Of a stretch of 64,000 nt of DNA, positions 45,365 through 63,446 are shown piece by piece; within the stretch, counting starts at the first letter, position 1; every line of letters starts with the position of its first letter. Both the position numbers and the translations under genes were made by a program. This DNA comes from Escherichia coli (lineage in GTDB: Bacteria > Pseudomonadota > Gammaproteobacteria > Enterobacterales > Enterobacteriaceae), in NCBI RefSeq assembly GCF_003991155.1, contig NZ_CP031293.1. One strand, written 5' to 3'. The notes under the pieces are model-generated. The model did not search any database, was not told where the DNA came from, and was given only the letters and a program-made list of their open reading frames with translations.

Positions 45365-47722
45365 ATGAAAAAACGTATCCCCACTCTCCTGGCCACCATG
45401 ATTGCCACCGCCCTTTATAGTCAACAGGGACTGGCAGCCGACCTCGCCTCACAGTGCATGTTGGGCGTGCCAAGCTATGACCGTCCTCTGGTACAGGGCG
45501 ATACCAATGACTTACCCGTGACTATCAATGCTGACCACGCGAAAGGGGACTACCCGGATGACGCCGTGTTTACTGGCAGCGTGGATATCATGCAGGGTAA
45601 CAGCCGTCTGCAGGCCGACGAAGTGCAGCTCCATCAAAAAGAGGCACCAGGACAACCGGAGCCGGTACGTACCGTTGATGCGCTCGGTAATGTCCATTAC
45701 GACGATAACCAGGTGATCCTCAAAGGGCCGAAAGGCTGGGCGAATCTGAACACCAAAGATACCAACGTCTGGGAGGGTGATTACCAGATGGTGGGTCGCC
45801 AGGGTCGCGGTAAAGCGGACCTGATGAAACAACGTGGCGAAAACCGCTATACCATTCTGGATAACGGTAGCTTTACCTCCTGTCTGCCGGGTTCTGACAC
45901 CTGGAGCGTGGTAGGTAGCGAAATTATTCATGACCGCGAAGAACAAGTTGCGGAGATCTGGAACGCCCGCTTTAAGGTGGGTCCGGTACCGATCTTTTAT
46001 AGCCCCTATTTGCAGTTGCCGGTGGGTGACAAACGTCGCTCTGGTTTCTTGATCCCGAACGCCAAGTACACCACCACCAACTACTTTGAGTTCTACCTGC
46101 CGTATTACTGGAACATCGCGCCAAATATGGATGCCACCATCACGCCGCATTATATGCATCGTCGTGGCAACATTATGTGGGAAAACGAATTCCGTTATCT
46201 CACCCAGGCGGGCGCAGGCTTGATGGAACTGGACTATCTGCCTTCGGATAAAGTCTATGAAGATGAACATCCAGAAGATAGCAATTCACGCCGTTGGTTG
46301 TTCTACTGGCAACACTCCGGAGTGATGGATCAGGTTTGGCGCTTTAACATCGACTACACCAAAGTCAGCGACCCGACCTATTTCAATGATTTTGATAATA
46401 AATATGGTTCCAGTACCGATGGCTACGCCACGCAAAAATTCAGCGTGGGCTATGCGGTGCAGAACTTTGACGCCACGCTTTCGACTAAACAATTCCAGGT
46501 TTTTGATGATACCAGTGGCAACAGCTATGCCGCTGAACCGCAGTTAGACGTCAACTACTACCATAACGATCTCGGCCCGTTTGATACCCGTGTTTATGGT
46601 CAGGCAGTGCATTTTGTTAATACAAACAGCAATATGCCGGAGGCTACTCGCGTTCATCTGGAGCCGACGATCAACCTGCCGTTATCTAACACCTGGGGCA
46701 GTATCAATACCGAAGCGAAGCTGCTGGCGACCCATTATCAGCAGACCAATCTCGACTGGTATAACAGCAACCCACAAAACAATAAGCTGGCTGATTCTGT
46801 TAACCGCGTAATGCCGCAATTTAAAGTTGACGGCAAAATGGTCTTCGAACGTGATATGGAAATGCTGGCGCCGGGTTATACCCAAACGCTGGAGCCGCGC
46901 GCGCAATACCTGTATGTACCGTATCGCGATCAGAGCGACATCTATAACTACGACTCCTCCTTGCTGCAATCCGATTACTCGGGCCTGTTCCGGGACCGGA
47001 CTTATGGCGGTCTTGACCGTATAGCTTCCGCGAACCAGGTCACGACCGGTATCACAACTCGCGTATATGATGATGCAGCCGTTGAACGTTTTAATATTTC
47101 CGTTGGTCAAATCTACTATTTCACGGAGTCTCGCACTGGCGATGACAACATAACATGGGAGAATGACGACAAAACGGGCTCGCTGGTGTGGGCAGGCGAT
47201 ACTTACTGGCGTATCTCCGAGCGTTGGGGATTGCGTGGCGGGATTCAGTACGATACACGTCTGGATAACGTAGCGACCAGTAACTCCAGCATTGAATACC
47301 GTCGGGATGAAGACCGTCTGGTACAGCTGAATTACCGTTACGCCAGCCCGGAATATATTCAGGCTACGCTGCCTAAGTACTATTCCACAGCTGAGCAATA
47401 TAAGAATGGTATTTCACAGGTAGGTGCCGTCGCCAGCTGGCCAATTGCCGATCGTTGGTCAATTGTTGGGGCCTACTATTACGACACCAATGCGAACAAG
47501 CAAGCCGACTCTATGTTAGGTGTGCAATACAGCTCCTGCTGCTATGCAATTCGCGTCGGTTACGAGCGGAAGCTGAACGGTTGGGATAACGATAAACAAC
47601 ATGCGGTATATGACAACGCAATCGGCTTTAACATCGAACTTCGCGGCCTGAGCTCCAACTACGGTCTGGGTACGCAAGAGATGCTGCGTTCGAACATTCT
47701 GCCGTATCAAAACACTTTGTGA
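45365..47722 (+). CDS. lptD: LptD (Imp), outer-membrane LPS assembly protein
   Basis: 785-aa ORF with signal peptide. Confidence 0.95.
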   Translation: MKKRIPTLLATMIATALYSQQGLAADLASQCMLGVPSYDRPLVQGDTNDLPVTINADHAKGDYPDDAVFTGSVDIMQGNSRLQADEVQLHQKEAPGQPEPVRTVDALGNVHYDDNQVILKGPKGWANLNTKDTNVWEGDYQMVGRQGRGKADLMKQRGENRYTILDNGSFTSCLPGSDTWSVVGSEIIHDREEQVAEIWNARFKVGPVPIFYSPYLQLPVGDKRRSGFLIPNAKYTTTNYFEFYLPYYWNIAPNMDATITPHYMHRRGNIMWENEFRYLTQAGAGLMELDYLPSDKVYEDEHPEDSNSRRWLFYWQHSGVMDQVWRFNIDYTKVSDPTYFNDFDNKYGSSTDGYATQKFSVGYAVQNFDATLSTKQFQVFDDTSGNSYAAEPQLDVNYYHNDLGPFDTRVYGQAVHFVNTNSNMPEATRVHLEPTINLPLSNTWGSINTEAKLLATHYQQTNLDWYNSNPQNNKLADSVNRVMPQFKVDGKMVFERDMEMLAPGYTQTLEPRAQYLYVPYRDQSDIYNYDSSLLQSDYSGLFRDRTYGGLDRIASANQVTTGITTRVYDDAAVERFNISVGQIYYFTESRTGDDNITWENDDKTGSLVWAGDTYWRISERWGLRGGIQYDTRLDNVATSNSSIEYRRDEDRLVQLNYRYASPEYIQATLPKYYSTAEQYKNGISQVGAVASWPIADRWSIVGAYYYDTNANKQADSMLGVQYSSCCYAIRVGYERKLNGWDNDKQHAVYDNAIGFNIELRGLSSNYGLGTQEMLRSNILPYQNTL

Positions 47723-47774
47723 TTTGTTGATTTACCACGTAATCCGCAGTGCGGTTAATTGAAATGGAAAAAGT

Positions 47775-50868
<3,094 letters not shown>

Positions 50869-50870
50869 CG

Positions 50871-51248
50871 ATGATCAATTCGCCCCGAGTGTGTATTCAG
50901 GTTCAAAGCGTCTACATTGAGGCCCAATCTTCACCTGATAATGAACGTTACGTTTTTGCTTATACCGTAACCATACGCAATCTGGGGCGAGCGCCAGTGC
51001 AGTTGTTGGGGCGTTACTGGCTGATCACCAATGGCAATGGCCGTGAAACCGAAGTCCAGGGCGAAGGAGTGGTTGGCGTCCAGCCACTTATCGCGCCTGG
51101 CGAAGAGTACCAGTACACCAGCGGTGCAATCATTGAAACCCCGCTGGGCACCATGCAGGGTCACTACGAAATGATCGATGAAAATGGCGTCCCTTTCAGC
51201 ATCGACATTCCCGTATTCCGACTCGCCGTTCCCACACTCATTCATTAA
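50871..51248 (+). CDS. apaG: ApaG
   Basis: Start at [19 protein letters not shown] (125 aa). Confidence 0.9.
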   Translation: MINSPRVCIQVQSVYIEAQSSPDNERYVFAYTVTIRNLGRAPVQLLGRYWLITNGNGRETEVQGEGVVGVQPLIAPGEEYQYTSGAIIETPLGTMQGHYEMIDENGVPFSIDIPVFRLAVPTLIH

Positions 51249-51254
51249 AAGAAT

Positions 51255-52103
51255 ATGGCGACATACCTTATTGGCGACGTTCATGGTTGTTACGATGAAC
51301 TGATCGCATTGCTGCATAAAGTAGAATTTACCCCTGGGAAAGATACCCTCTGGCTGACGGGCGATCTGGTCGCGCGCGGCCCGGGTTCGCTGGATGTTCT
51401 GCGCTATGTGAAATCCTTAGGCGACAGCGTACGTCTGGTGCTGGGCAATCACGATCTGCATCTGCTGGCGGTATTTGCCGGGATCAGCCGCAATAAACCG
51501 AAAGATCGCCTGACACCGCTGCTGGAAGCGCCGGATGCCGACGAGCTGCTTAACTGGCTGCGTCGCCAGCCTTTGCTGCAAATCGACGAAGAGAAAAAGC
51601 TGGTGATGGCCCACGCCGGGATCACGCCGCAGTGGGATCTGCAGACCGCCAAAGAGTGCGCGCGCGATGTAGAAGCGGTGCTGTCGAGTGACTCCTATCC
51701 CTTCTTCCTTGATGCCATGTACGGCGATATGCCAAATAACTGGTCACCGGAATTGCGGGGGCTGGGAAGACTGCGTTTTATCACCAACGCCTTTACCCGT
51801 ATGCGTTTTTGCTTCCCGAACGGTCAACTGGATATGTACAGCAAAGAATCGCCGGAAGAGGCCCCTGCCCCACTGAAACCGTGGTTTGCGATTCCTGGCC
51901 CCGTCGCTGAAGAGTACAGCATCGCCTTTGGTCACTGGGCATCGCTGGAGGGCAAAGGTACGCCGGAAGGTATTTACGCGCTGGATACCGGCTGCTGTTG
52001 GGGCGGGACATTAACCTGCCTGCGCTGGGAAGATAAACAGTATTTTGTCCAGCCGTCGAATCGGCATAAAGATATGGGTGAGGGAGAGGCGGCCGCGTCT
52101 TAA
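51255..52103 (+). CDS. apaH: ApaH, diadenosine tetraphosphatase
   Basis: 282-aa [19 protein letters not shown] with GDLVARG / GNHD metallophosphatase motifs. Confidence 0.95.
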   Translation: MATYLIGDVHGCYDELIALLHKVEFTPGKDTLWLTGDLVARGPGSLDVLRYVKSLGDSVRLVLGNHDLHLLAVFAGISRNKPKDRLTPLLEAPDADELLNWLRRQPLLQIDEEKKLVMAHAGITPQWDLQTAKECARDVEAVLSSDSYPFFLDAMYGDMPNNWSPELRGLGRLRFITNAFTRMRFCFPNGQLDMYSKESPEEAPAPLKPWFAIPGPVAEEYSIAFGHWASLEGKGTPEGIYALDTGCCWGGTLTCLRWEDKQYFVQPSNRHKDMGEGEAAAS

Positions 52104-52127
52104 CGCTTTACCATTCAGGGAGGAATA

Positions 52128-52727
52128 ATGGCTGACTATTTTGAAATACGTGCTGATTACAATCAGCACACCATCACGGTTTATCAGGCTTACAATGATG
52201 CAATCGCTGACGTCGCCGTACGTGACGGGCGATTTGGCGCACCTTTTTCATTCAACCGCATGACCTGGATTAAACCCTCTTTTATGTGGATGATGGAGCG
52301 TAGCAACTGGGGACTGAAAAAAGATCAACAACGCATTCTCGCAATCCGAATCAAACGCACCTTCTTTGATACATTGCTGGAACAAGCGGTGCTAACCACG
52401 CCGGAAGCCCATGTCTATCCACATGCAGGAGTTTGGGAAACGTTATTTGCGCAAGCAAATGTATATGTTCAGTGGGACCCAGAACGCAGCATAAATGGCA
52501 AAAAACTGGAGCACCGATCATTACAGCTTGGTATTTCTCGTAACTTGATCAGTCAATTTAACGAAGACGCCATTGTTGCCATTGATGATCTGACGCCGCT
52601 GGTGCGAAAGTGTCATAACCTTTTGATAAACGGTAAAACAACACAGGCGAAATCCTTCCTGCCGCCAGAAAAAATTTATCCTGTTAGTGCAACTGCAAGA
52701 AAGGCTTGGGGAATGAAAAATTCCTGA
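52128..52727 (+). CDS. Hypothetical protein, 199 aa (uncharacterized; not in the K-12 apaH-folA interval)
   Basis: ORF with AGGGAGGA RBS directly after apaH; conserved-looking block RMTWIKPSFMWMMERSNWG that I recall, uncertainly, as a DUF-type family. Confidence 0.6.
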   Translation: MADYFEIRADYNQHTITVYQAYNDAIADVAVRDGRFGAPFSFNRMTWIKPSFMWMMERSNWGLKKDQQRILAIRIKRTFFDTLLEQAVLTTPEAHVYPHAGVWETLFAQANVYVQWDPERSINGKKLEHRSLQLGISRNLISQFNEDAIVAIDDLTPLVRKCHNLLINGKTTQAKSFLPPEKIYPVSATARKAWGMKNS

Positions 52728-52762
52728 GACAAATACGCGCCTATTAAGCGGAAAATATCTAA

Positions 52763-53212
52763 GTGCGACAAATCAACGCCGGGCTTAATACCAGAGAAAT
52801 TATTCTGGAAATGATTGACGAAGCAGATGACCCCCCGTTTGCTGAGCAGCGAACCTGGCATCGCAGGCGAATCGCTTTTCTTTGTGAGTGCATCAGCGTT
52901 GCTGTCGACTACGGCTTCTTCTGTTCTGTCTCTCAGCAGTCAATAATGAACATAACCAGGATGGCTGAAGATGTATGGATAACAGAAAGTAAAACGACCC
53001 AACTCATTGATATCTGGCAGCAACTTAAGCAGCTTTATCCGCCAGAAACTATTCCCTATACCCAGCAGTTACCCGCTAAAGAATTGCTTGAACTGCTACT
53101 TTCCAGTCCTGACGATCTTCGAATAATTGAAATCCCTGACATCATCGGCGATGTTTTTGATGACCAAACCTGGATTCGATTATTCAAAAAACACTTTGCT
53201 GATGTTATCTAA
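52763..53212 (+). CDS. Hypothetical acidic protein, up to 149 aa (start uncertain: GTG at 52763 or ATG at 52811)
   Basis: Co-directional ORF 35 bp after the 199-aa gene; Asp/Glu-rich C-terminal half; no recognisable homolog. Confidence 0.5.
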   Translation: MRQINAGLNTREIILEMIDEADDPPFAEQRTWHRRRIAFLCECISVAVDYGFFCSVSQQSIMNITRMAEDVWITESKTTQLIDIWQQLKQLYPPETIPYTQQLPAKELLELLLSSPDDLRIIEIPDIIGDVFDDQTWIRLFKKHFADVI

Positions 53213-53528
53213 CTACGATGTGATGTGTAACAATCTAAAATACATCGCCAGACGACAGACCAAAAAGAAAGTATTTAGCAGATACTCAACATTCTGACTT
53301 CTGTACAGAAATAGCAGAGTTTAAAAACTTAAAATTTCCGGTACTCATCAGAGAAACATCCTGTTTCTTCTGCAAGTTCATTTAATGCCGAGATGGCATC
53401 CTCGTTTACTTCAGTCCACTGTAGAGTGGCTTGAGGGTTTAGACCTACGCAATGAGTGCGACTCACAAAATCGCGCTCACTGGTAAAATCAGACGTCTTA
53501 TCGTTCAATTTGTAGTCATAGCAAAAAC

Positions 53529-56054
<2,526 letters not shown>

Positions 56055-56062
<8 letters not shown>

Positions 56063-56585
56063 GATGTGCCTCCTGCCATTCCAGCAGACGTTGCTTATAG
56101 TGCCGCGCCTGCCCTTCGAGGGTTTCGTCGTCACAAATAAAGGTGCAGTGCATGGCAAACGGTGGCAGCCAGTTCAGCCCGCAGTAGATTGCCGTCGCCT
56201 GTAGCGGCTGTGACAGCACATCAAAGCCCGGATGCGCACCAATCTCAAAATGGCTTTCCCCGCCGCCGGTCGTCACCGCCCACAGCAAATGTTTGCCATG
56301 CAGCGCCGTACCGCCGTGACCGTAAGCCCAGCCGTGCGAGAAAACTTTATCGATCCAAAGTTTGAGGAGCGGTGGAATGCTGTACCACTGCATCGGGTGC
56401 TGCCAGACGATCAGATCGGCGCGAGACAGCGCCTCCTGCTCGGCGGCAATATCGATATTGAAGTCAGGATAGAGTTGATAAAGAGAGCGAATTTCGACGC
56501 CTTCCAGCGTCCTTGCCTGTTCAAGCATCCGTTTATTCGCATGGGAATGATGCGGATACGGATGCGCATAAATTATAAGAATCAT
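56055..56585 (-). CDS. kefF: KefF, KefC-activating flavoprotein quinone oxidoreductase
   Basis: 176-aa [21 protein letters not shown]. Confidence 0.95.
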
Positions 56586-56692
56586 AGGTAGCCCGCGTGA
56601 TTACGCCTTTGTTTTCCCACAAAGTGTAGTCATATATTCACGCGGCTTATAGTCAATAATATTGATTCAGAAAAGAGAGAAATCTGAACAAA

Positions 56693-58024
56693 TTACCCCA
56701 TTCTCTGCCCGCGGATCGTCATATTGCTGGTCTGCGCCAGTGACATCCCTCGAGTCTCCGGGGCAAACGCTACGGAAATCAACAAGCCAAACAGCGAGAT
56801 ACCCGCCCCCATCAGCATGGTGCTACTGATGCCGTAATTATTGATAAAGATTGGCAGTGCCCAGGTCGAAACAATGGTGCCAATACGGCTTAAGGACATA
56901 ATCACGCCCACGGCAGAGGCGCGGATATCCGTCGGGAAGAGTTCATTAGGATAGAGCCACTGCAAATTACCCGGCCCACCGGAGAAAAAGGCATACACCG
57001 CAAATGCCATCACTACCAGCCAGATCCCCATATCCGGGATCAGCCCCAAAACCGCCAGCGCCAGCGTCATCATGGCAAAACTGCCAATCAACAATGGACG
57101 CCGTCCGGCAGTGTTTAGCCACAGCATCGGCGGAATACAGCCGAGCATAAAGAACAGGCTAATCACCACATTCCCCAGCGCCGCATTTTTGCCAACCCCC
57201 AATCCCAACAAACCAACGATTTGCGGGCCAAAGGTGTAAATGGCGAACATTGGGATCACCTGGCAGGTCCAGATGGCGGCAACAAACAGAACAAAAGGAA
57301 AATGGCGGCGATTAAACAGATCGCGAAAACGGGTTTGCTGCGGCTGCTCTTCCTCGAAAGCCACCGGTTCGCCAAACAGTTTGATCATCATCTCTTCGCA
57401 CTCTTTTACTCGCCCTTTGCGTAACAACCAGCGGGGAGATTCAGGCAGTTCGAATCGACCAATCAAAATCAACAAACAGGGGATCGCTGCGCTACCCAGC
57501 ATCCAGCGCCAGCCGCCTTCCACATCATAAAGCCAGTAACCGACCAGATCGGCGCAGGTCGCGCCGACATACCACATCGCGGCAATAAAGCTGATGGAAA
57601 ACGCCCGCTGACGGGTACTGGAGAACTCGGTGATCATTGAGGTGGCGATGGGATAATCTGCACCGATGACAATGCCGATGAGTACCCGCATCACTAACAG
57701 TTCGACGGGGGATGAGACAAACATCGTCGCCACCGATATCACGCCGATGGCGATGATATCGATGAGGAACATTTTGCGCCGTCCGACTTTATCGGAGATA
57801 TAGCCAAACAGCGATGTGCCAACGAACAGCCCGGCGAGCGTTCCCGCGCCCAGCAAGCCAATCCAGTCAGCGTCCAGTTTCAGCGCCGGAGTCAGTTGCT
57901 CCAGCGCCACGCCAATCATTACCAGTACATAACCATCCAGAAACGGACCACCGCTTCCCCACAGCAAAATGCGGCGGTGAATAGAGGAGAATTTGAGATC
58001 GTCAAAGTTTCTGGACGGTTGCAT
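56693..58024 (-). CDS. yaaU: YaaU, MFS transporter
   Basis: 443-aa 12-TM ORF. Confidence 0.85.
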   Translation of the reverse strand: MQPSRNFDDLKFSSIHRRILLWGSGGPFLDGYVLVMIGVALEQLTPALKLDADWIGLLGAGTLAGLFVGTSLFGYISDKVGRRKMFLIDIIAIGVISVATMFVSSPVELLVMRVLIGIVIGADYPIATSMITEFSSTRQRAFSISFIAAMWYVGATCADLVGYWLYDVEGGWRWMLGSAAIPCLLILIGRFELPESPRWLLRKGRVKECEEMMIKLFGEPVAFEEEQPQQTRFRDLFNRRHFPFVLFVAAIWTCQVIPMFAIYTFGPQIVGLLGLGVGKNAALGNVVISLFFMLGCIPPMLWLNTAGRRPLLIGSFAMMTLALAVLGLIPDMGIWLVVMAFAVYAFFSGGPGNLQWLYPNELFPTDIRASAVGVIMSLSRIGTIVSTWALPIFINNYGISSTMLMGAGISLFGLLISVAFAPETRGMSLAQTSNMTIRGQRMG

Positions 58025-58081
58025 GGGTTATTCCTGTTTTTTGCAATGAGAGTCAGTGCGGCGTTACGTATCAAACCAACA

Positions 58082-58369
58082 TCAGCCGTAACGGAACTCC
58101 ACACCAAAGGTGCCGCGCGGGTATTCCCACTGTTCCAGCGCCGACCCCAGCCCCAGAATGCGACAGGTGCCGCACTCCAGACATCCGGCGTAATCGAAGC
58201 GCACACTGCCGTCATCCTGCTTCTTGTACAGACCTGCGGGGCACGCTTTCACCAGCAGCTCCAGCGCCTGTTTATCGGCATCGGCCTTCACAACAATGTG
58301 CGGATGCTCTTCATCGACATTGAATTTATTGACGCCCAGTTTGACGTCCACATTGACGGGAGAAGTCAT
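58082..58369 (-). CDS. fixX: FixX, ferredoxin-like protein
   Basis: 95-aa ORF with Cys cluster. Confidence 0.9.
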   Translation of the reverse strand: MTSPVNVDVKLGVNKFNVDEEHPHIVVKADADKQALELLVKACPAGLYKKQDDGSVRFDYAGCLECGTCRILGLGSALEQWEYPRGTFGVEFRYG

Positions 58370-59652
58370 AAAACGGTCACTCCTTTCATGCCATCCTTGA
58401 TCAGATTGATGAAGCCCACTTTCTTGCCGTGGCGGAGGATTTTCTTGCGCATCAGTTCCGGCGCACTGCCGTCAATGGTGAACAGGTCACGCGCCACGCC
58501 CACCGCCAGTTCCGGGTAGCCGTTAAACATGCGTGGGTTATCAAGGAACGCCGGTAGTTTCTGGTACATACGCATATCGCGCAGCGGGCCACTCTCAAGA
58601 TGCTGACGATATTCCGCGAGTTTTTGCTTACTGAAATCGTCGCTTTTCATCGCTGAAAGCACGGTTTTTGCTGCGGCTTCCCCGGCGGCAATCGCCAGAT
58701 CCATACCGCGAATGGTAAAACCGAGGTTCATACACATTCCGGCGGCATCACCGGCAATCAGTACGCCGTCACCGACCAGCTCCGGCAGCATGTTGATGCC
58801 TGCTTCCGGCACTACGTGAGCGGAATATTCCACCAGCTTGCCGCCTGCGATCAGCGGTGCAACGGCCGGATGTTGTTTGAAATCTTCCAGCATTTGCGGC
58901 ACCGATTTTTTCGCGTCATGCAGATGATGCAGACCACAAACCAACCCCAGCGACAGAGTGTTTTCATTGGTATAAAGAAAGCCGCCGCCCATCAGGCCAT
59001 CGGTGGGTGATCCCGCAAACAGGCAAGCCGCGCCCTGATTACCCTGCAACTGAAAACGGTCTTCGATAACCGACTTCGGTAACTCGATCAGTTCCTTCAC
59101 GCCAACCGCCACATCCGTCGGTTTAACGCGTTTTGCCATCCCCAGCTTTTCGGCAAGGATGGAATTCACCCCATCAGCAAGGATCACCGTTTTCGCTTCA
59201 ATCACATCGCCATCGGCTTCTACGCCAACAACTTTGCCATCGCGCTGTACGAGGTTATCGACGCGGATCCCGGTAATTAACTGCGCGCCCGCTTCCTCGG
59301 CCTGCTCCATCAGCCAGGCATCAAATTTACTACGCAAAACGGAGTAAGAACGCTGGGATGGCGAGGTTTCGTCGCCATTGCAGTAGTCCATAGTCATCGC
59401 TGACTTTTCCGTCATAAACGCGAGTTTTTCATGGGTGATCAGGCGTTCTACGGGGGCGGAGTCAGCGAAACCAGGAATAATGTGTTCCAGACTGTGGGCA
59501 TAGAGACGCCCGCCGGTGACGTTCTTGGCACCTGCGGAATTGCCTCGCTCGATAACTAACACTTGCGCACCTTCGCGGGCGAGCACCAGTGCGGCAACCG
59601 AACCGGCAAGCCCTGCACCGACGATGATGGCGTCAAAGATATCTTCGGACAT
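58366..59652 (-). CDS. fixC: FixC, FAD-dependent oxidoreductase
   Basis: 428-aa ORF with GAGLAG dinucleotide-binding motif. Confidence 0.9.
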   Translation of the reverse strand: MSEDIFDAIIVGAGLAGSVAALVLAREGAQVLVIERGNSAGAKNVTGGRLYAHSLEHIIPGFADSAPVERLITHEKLAFMTEKSAMTMDYCNGDETSPSQRSYSVLRSKFDAWLMEQAEEAGAQLITGIRVDNLVQRDGKVVGVEADGDVIEAKTVILADGVNSILAEKLGMAKRVKPTDVAVGVKELIELPKSVIEDRFQLQGNQGAACLFAGSPTDGLMGGGFLYTNENTLSLGLVCGLHHLHDAKKSVPQMLEDFKQHPAVAPLIAGGKLVEYSAHVVPEAGINMLPELVGDGVLIAGDAAGMCMNLGFTIRGMDLAIAAGEAAAKTVLSAMKSDDFSKQKLAEYRQHLESGPLRDMRMYQKLPAFLDNPRMFNGYPELAVGVARDLFTIDGSAPELMRKKILRHGKKVGFINLIKDGMKGVTVL

Positions 59653-59702
59653 AAGAGCTCCCTGTCAGCAGCAGGGCCAAAATGCAGCCCTGCCAGAGTG
59701 GA

Positions 59703-60644
59703 TCAACGCGCTAAAGCTGCGGTCAGTGCCGGAAGGATCTTCACGGCGTCGCCAACAATGCCGTAATCCGCGTACTGGAAGATCGGCGCATTTTTATCTT
59801 TGTTGATGGCGAAAATGGTTTGCGACGCATTAGCGCCAACCATGTGCTGGATCTGCCCGGAGATCCCCACCGCCAGGTACAGTTCAGGTTTCAGCATCAG
59901 GTTGGAGATACCGACATAGCGTTCGTGCTCCATCCATTTTTCGTTTTCCGCCACCGGACGAGAACAGGCCAACTCCGCACCTATCGCCTTGCAAAGCTGT
60001 TCTGCCAGCGCAATGTTCTCTTTGCTGCCAATGCCGCGACCGACGCTGACCACCAGACGGGCTTTGTCGAGATCGACGCTGTTGCTCTGGCGCGCCTGGG
60101 TTGCCGTGCGGGTAATCGCCACAGCCGGAGCCTGCCACTCCACGGTGTGCGTTTCGCCAGTGCGTGACGCGTCTGGCTGAGCCACATCGAACGTGCCGCT
60201 GCTGATGGTCAGTACCGCATACGGCGTGGCAATGCGTTCTTCGCCAATCGCCAGACCGCCGTAAACCATGTGTTTCACTGTCGCTTTACCGTCCTGTACG
60301 CTGACGGTGCTGGCATCGTTAGACACCGCCGCTTTAAGGCGATAACCCAGTTTTGCTGCCAGTAATTTGCCGCGACGGGTGTTTGGCAACAGCACCAGAC
60401 CGTCTGCGCCGTGCTGGCGAATAGTGTCAGCCATGACACCGGCGTAATCTTCGATCATCCGCTCGTCCGGTTTGCCGCTTAATTTCCAGACATGATTAGC
60501 GCCGAGCTGGATTGCCTGTGCGCCGTCGGCATCATTGAGGACGAACGTGTTGATTTGATTAGCTAAAGCCTGCGCACCGTTCATCAGTTCCGGCAGACGA
60601 GAAGGGGTATCGCTGAATACCCAGACTTGAGAAAACGTGTTCAT
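59703..60644 (-). CDS. fixB: FixB, electron transfer flavoprotein alpha-like subunit
   Basis: 313-aa ORF. Confidence 0.9.
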   Translation of the reverse strand: MNTFSQVWVFSDTPSRLPELMNGAQALANQINTFVLNDADGAQAIQLGANHVWKLSGKPDERMIEDYAGVMADTIRQHGADGLVLLPNTRRGKLLAAKLGYRLKAAVSNDASTVSVQDGKATVKHMVYGGLAIGEERIATPYAVLTISSGTFDVAQPDASRTGETHTVEWQAPAVAITRTATQARQSNSVDLDKARLVVSVGRGIGSKENIALAEQLCKAIGAELACSRPVAENEKWMEHERYVGISNLMLKPELYLAVGISGQIQHMVGANASQTIFAINKDKNAPIFQYADYGIVGDAVKILPALTAALAR

Positions 60645-60658
60645 AGCATCCCCTGTAA

Positions 60659-61429
60659 TTAAATGACTTTGCGAAGATTTTCAGCAAATGCGGCGATCTG
60701 TTCTTCGCCGTCGCCTTCAATCACGATGCGCTGACGCTCGCGCTGTTTCGGCGCGGCAACCTGTTGTTCTGACCAGGCTGCCTCTGCGTTAAAACCGATA
60801 TCCGCCGCCGACCATACCTGGACTGGCTTTTTCGCCGCGCCGAGAATGGCTTTCATCGAAGGAATTTGTGGGGAGTTGATATCAGTGGAAACAGCAACAA
60901 CCGCAGGCAGCGGAATGCTTAAGGTTTCGGTTTCATCTTCCAGTTCGCGCTCAACGGTGAGGGTATCTGCCGTCAGGGAGATAATTTTGCTGACGCCGTT
61001 AACTGCCGGAATATTGAGGATTTCGCCTACCAGCAAACCAACCTGCTGGGCATAAAGGTCGGAAGAACCATCGCCACAGAGGATCAAATCAAAGCCTGCT
61101 TTCTGGGCGGCTGCAGCCAGTGCGCTCGCCGTTTGTTGCGGCAGTGCCTGCTCGAACTGGTCATCAATCACCACAATCAGTTCATCCGGACCGCGCGATA
61201 GCACATCTTTACGCCCTTTGGCGTTGGTCAGGGCTTTACCGCCCACACTTAAGGCCGTCACCTGCCCCTCTGCTGCCTGTTGCTTTAGCTGGCAAGCCGC
61301 TTCAATAGCGTTGAGATCGTATTGGCTTATTTTGGCATCGGCTTTACTGAAGTCTAACGAACCATCAGCATTATTGACCGCAATATCCTGTTCATCAGGC
61401 ACGCACTTATAGCAAGTAATAATCTTCAT
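60659..61429 (-). CDS. fixA: FixA, electron transfer flavoprotein beta-like subunit
   Basis: Start at [18 protein letters not shown] (256 aa). Confidence 0.9.
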   Translation of the reverse strand: MKIITCYKCVPDEQDIAVNNADGSLDFSKADAKISQYDLNAIEAACQLKQQAAEGQVTALSVGGKALTNAKGRKDVLSRGPDELIVVIDDQFEQALPQQTASALAAAAQKAGFDLILCGDGSSDLYAQQVGLLVGEILNIPAVNGVSKIISLTADTLTVERELEDETETLSIPLPAVVAVSTDINSPQIPSMKAILGAAKKPVQVWSAADIGFNAEAAWSEQQVAAPKQRERQRIVIEGDGEEQIAAFAENLRKVI

Positions 61430-61499
61430 TGCATCTCCAGAAATCATGAAGGAAACGTCGTTCATATCGGTGGTGTTAATTACAGATATCACGCCCTTT

Positions 61500-61660
61500 A
61501 ATTTGGAAATAAAACTTTAATCACCAATATTGAAAATGTCACACGCAGATAAATCCAACTTTCAATATTGTTAAGCTCCTCACCAATATTGAAAACATGG
61601 CGTAGCAAAAAGAAATTTTCAATATTGTTTTATGGATCACCAATATTGAAAGTCAGATGC
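61500..61660. promoter_or_regulatory. fix-cai divergent control region with five copies of the palindromic core CAATATTG (CaiF/CRP/FNR-regulated region)
   Basis: tcaccaatattgaaa x3 (about 61520, 61579, 61637) and ttttcaatattgtt x2 (about 61560, 61616). Confidence 0.6.
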
Positions 61661-61898
61661 TATTTTTTTACTCACAATCAAACTCATCACATTGATAAAC
61701 AATGAATATTTACACAAAAACGCCCTGTTTTTACCCGATAAAAAACTGTGACTAACATCACAGAACGCAGCCAATTGAATACCCATTATGAGTTAGCCAT
61801 TAACGCGTCCACGAGGTTAATAATAATTATATTAAATGTTAACAAAAATAAAACAAACGGGAACGCAAAATAAATATTCGTTTTCACAGTGGAATTAA

Positions 61899-63416
<1,518 letters not shown>

Positions 63417-63446
63417 TTAACCCCCAAAATATCAAGAGGTTGAAAG

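Noticed and set aside
46682-47398. 238-aa minus-strand ORF inside lptD
   Set aside because: Antisense to lptD; no RBS or promoter context.
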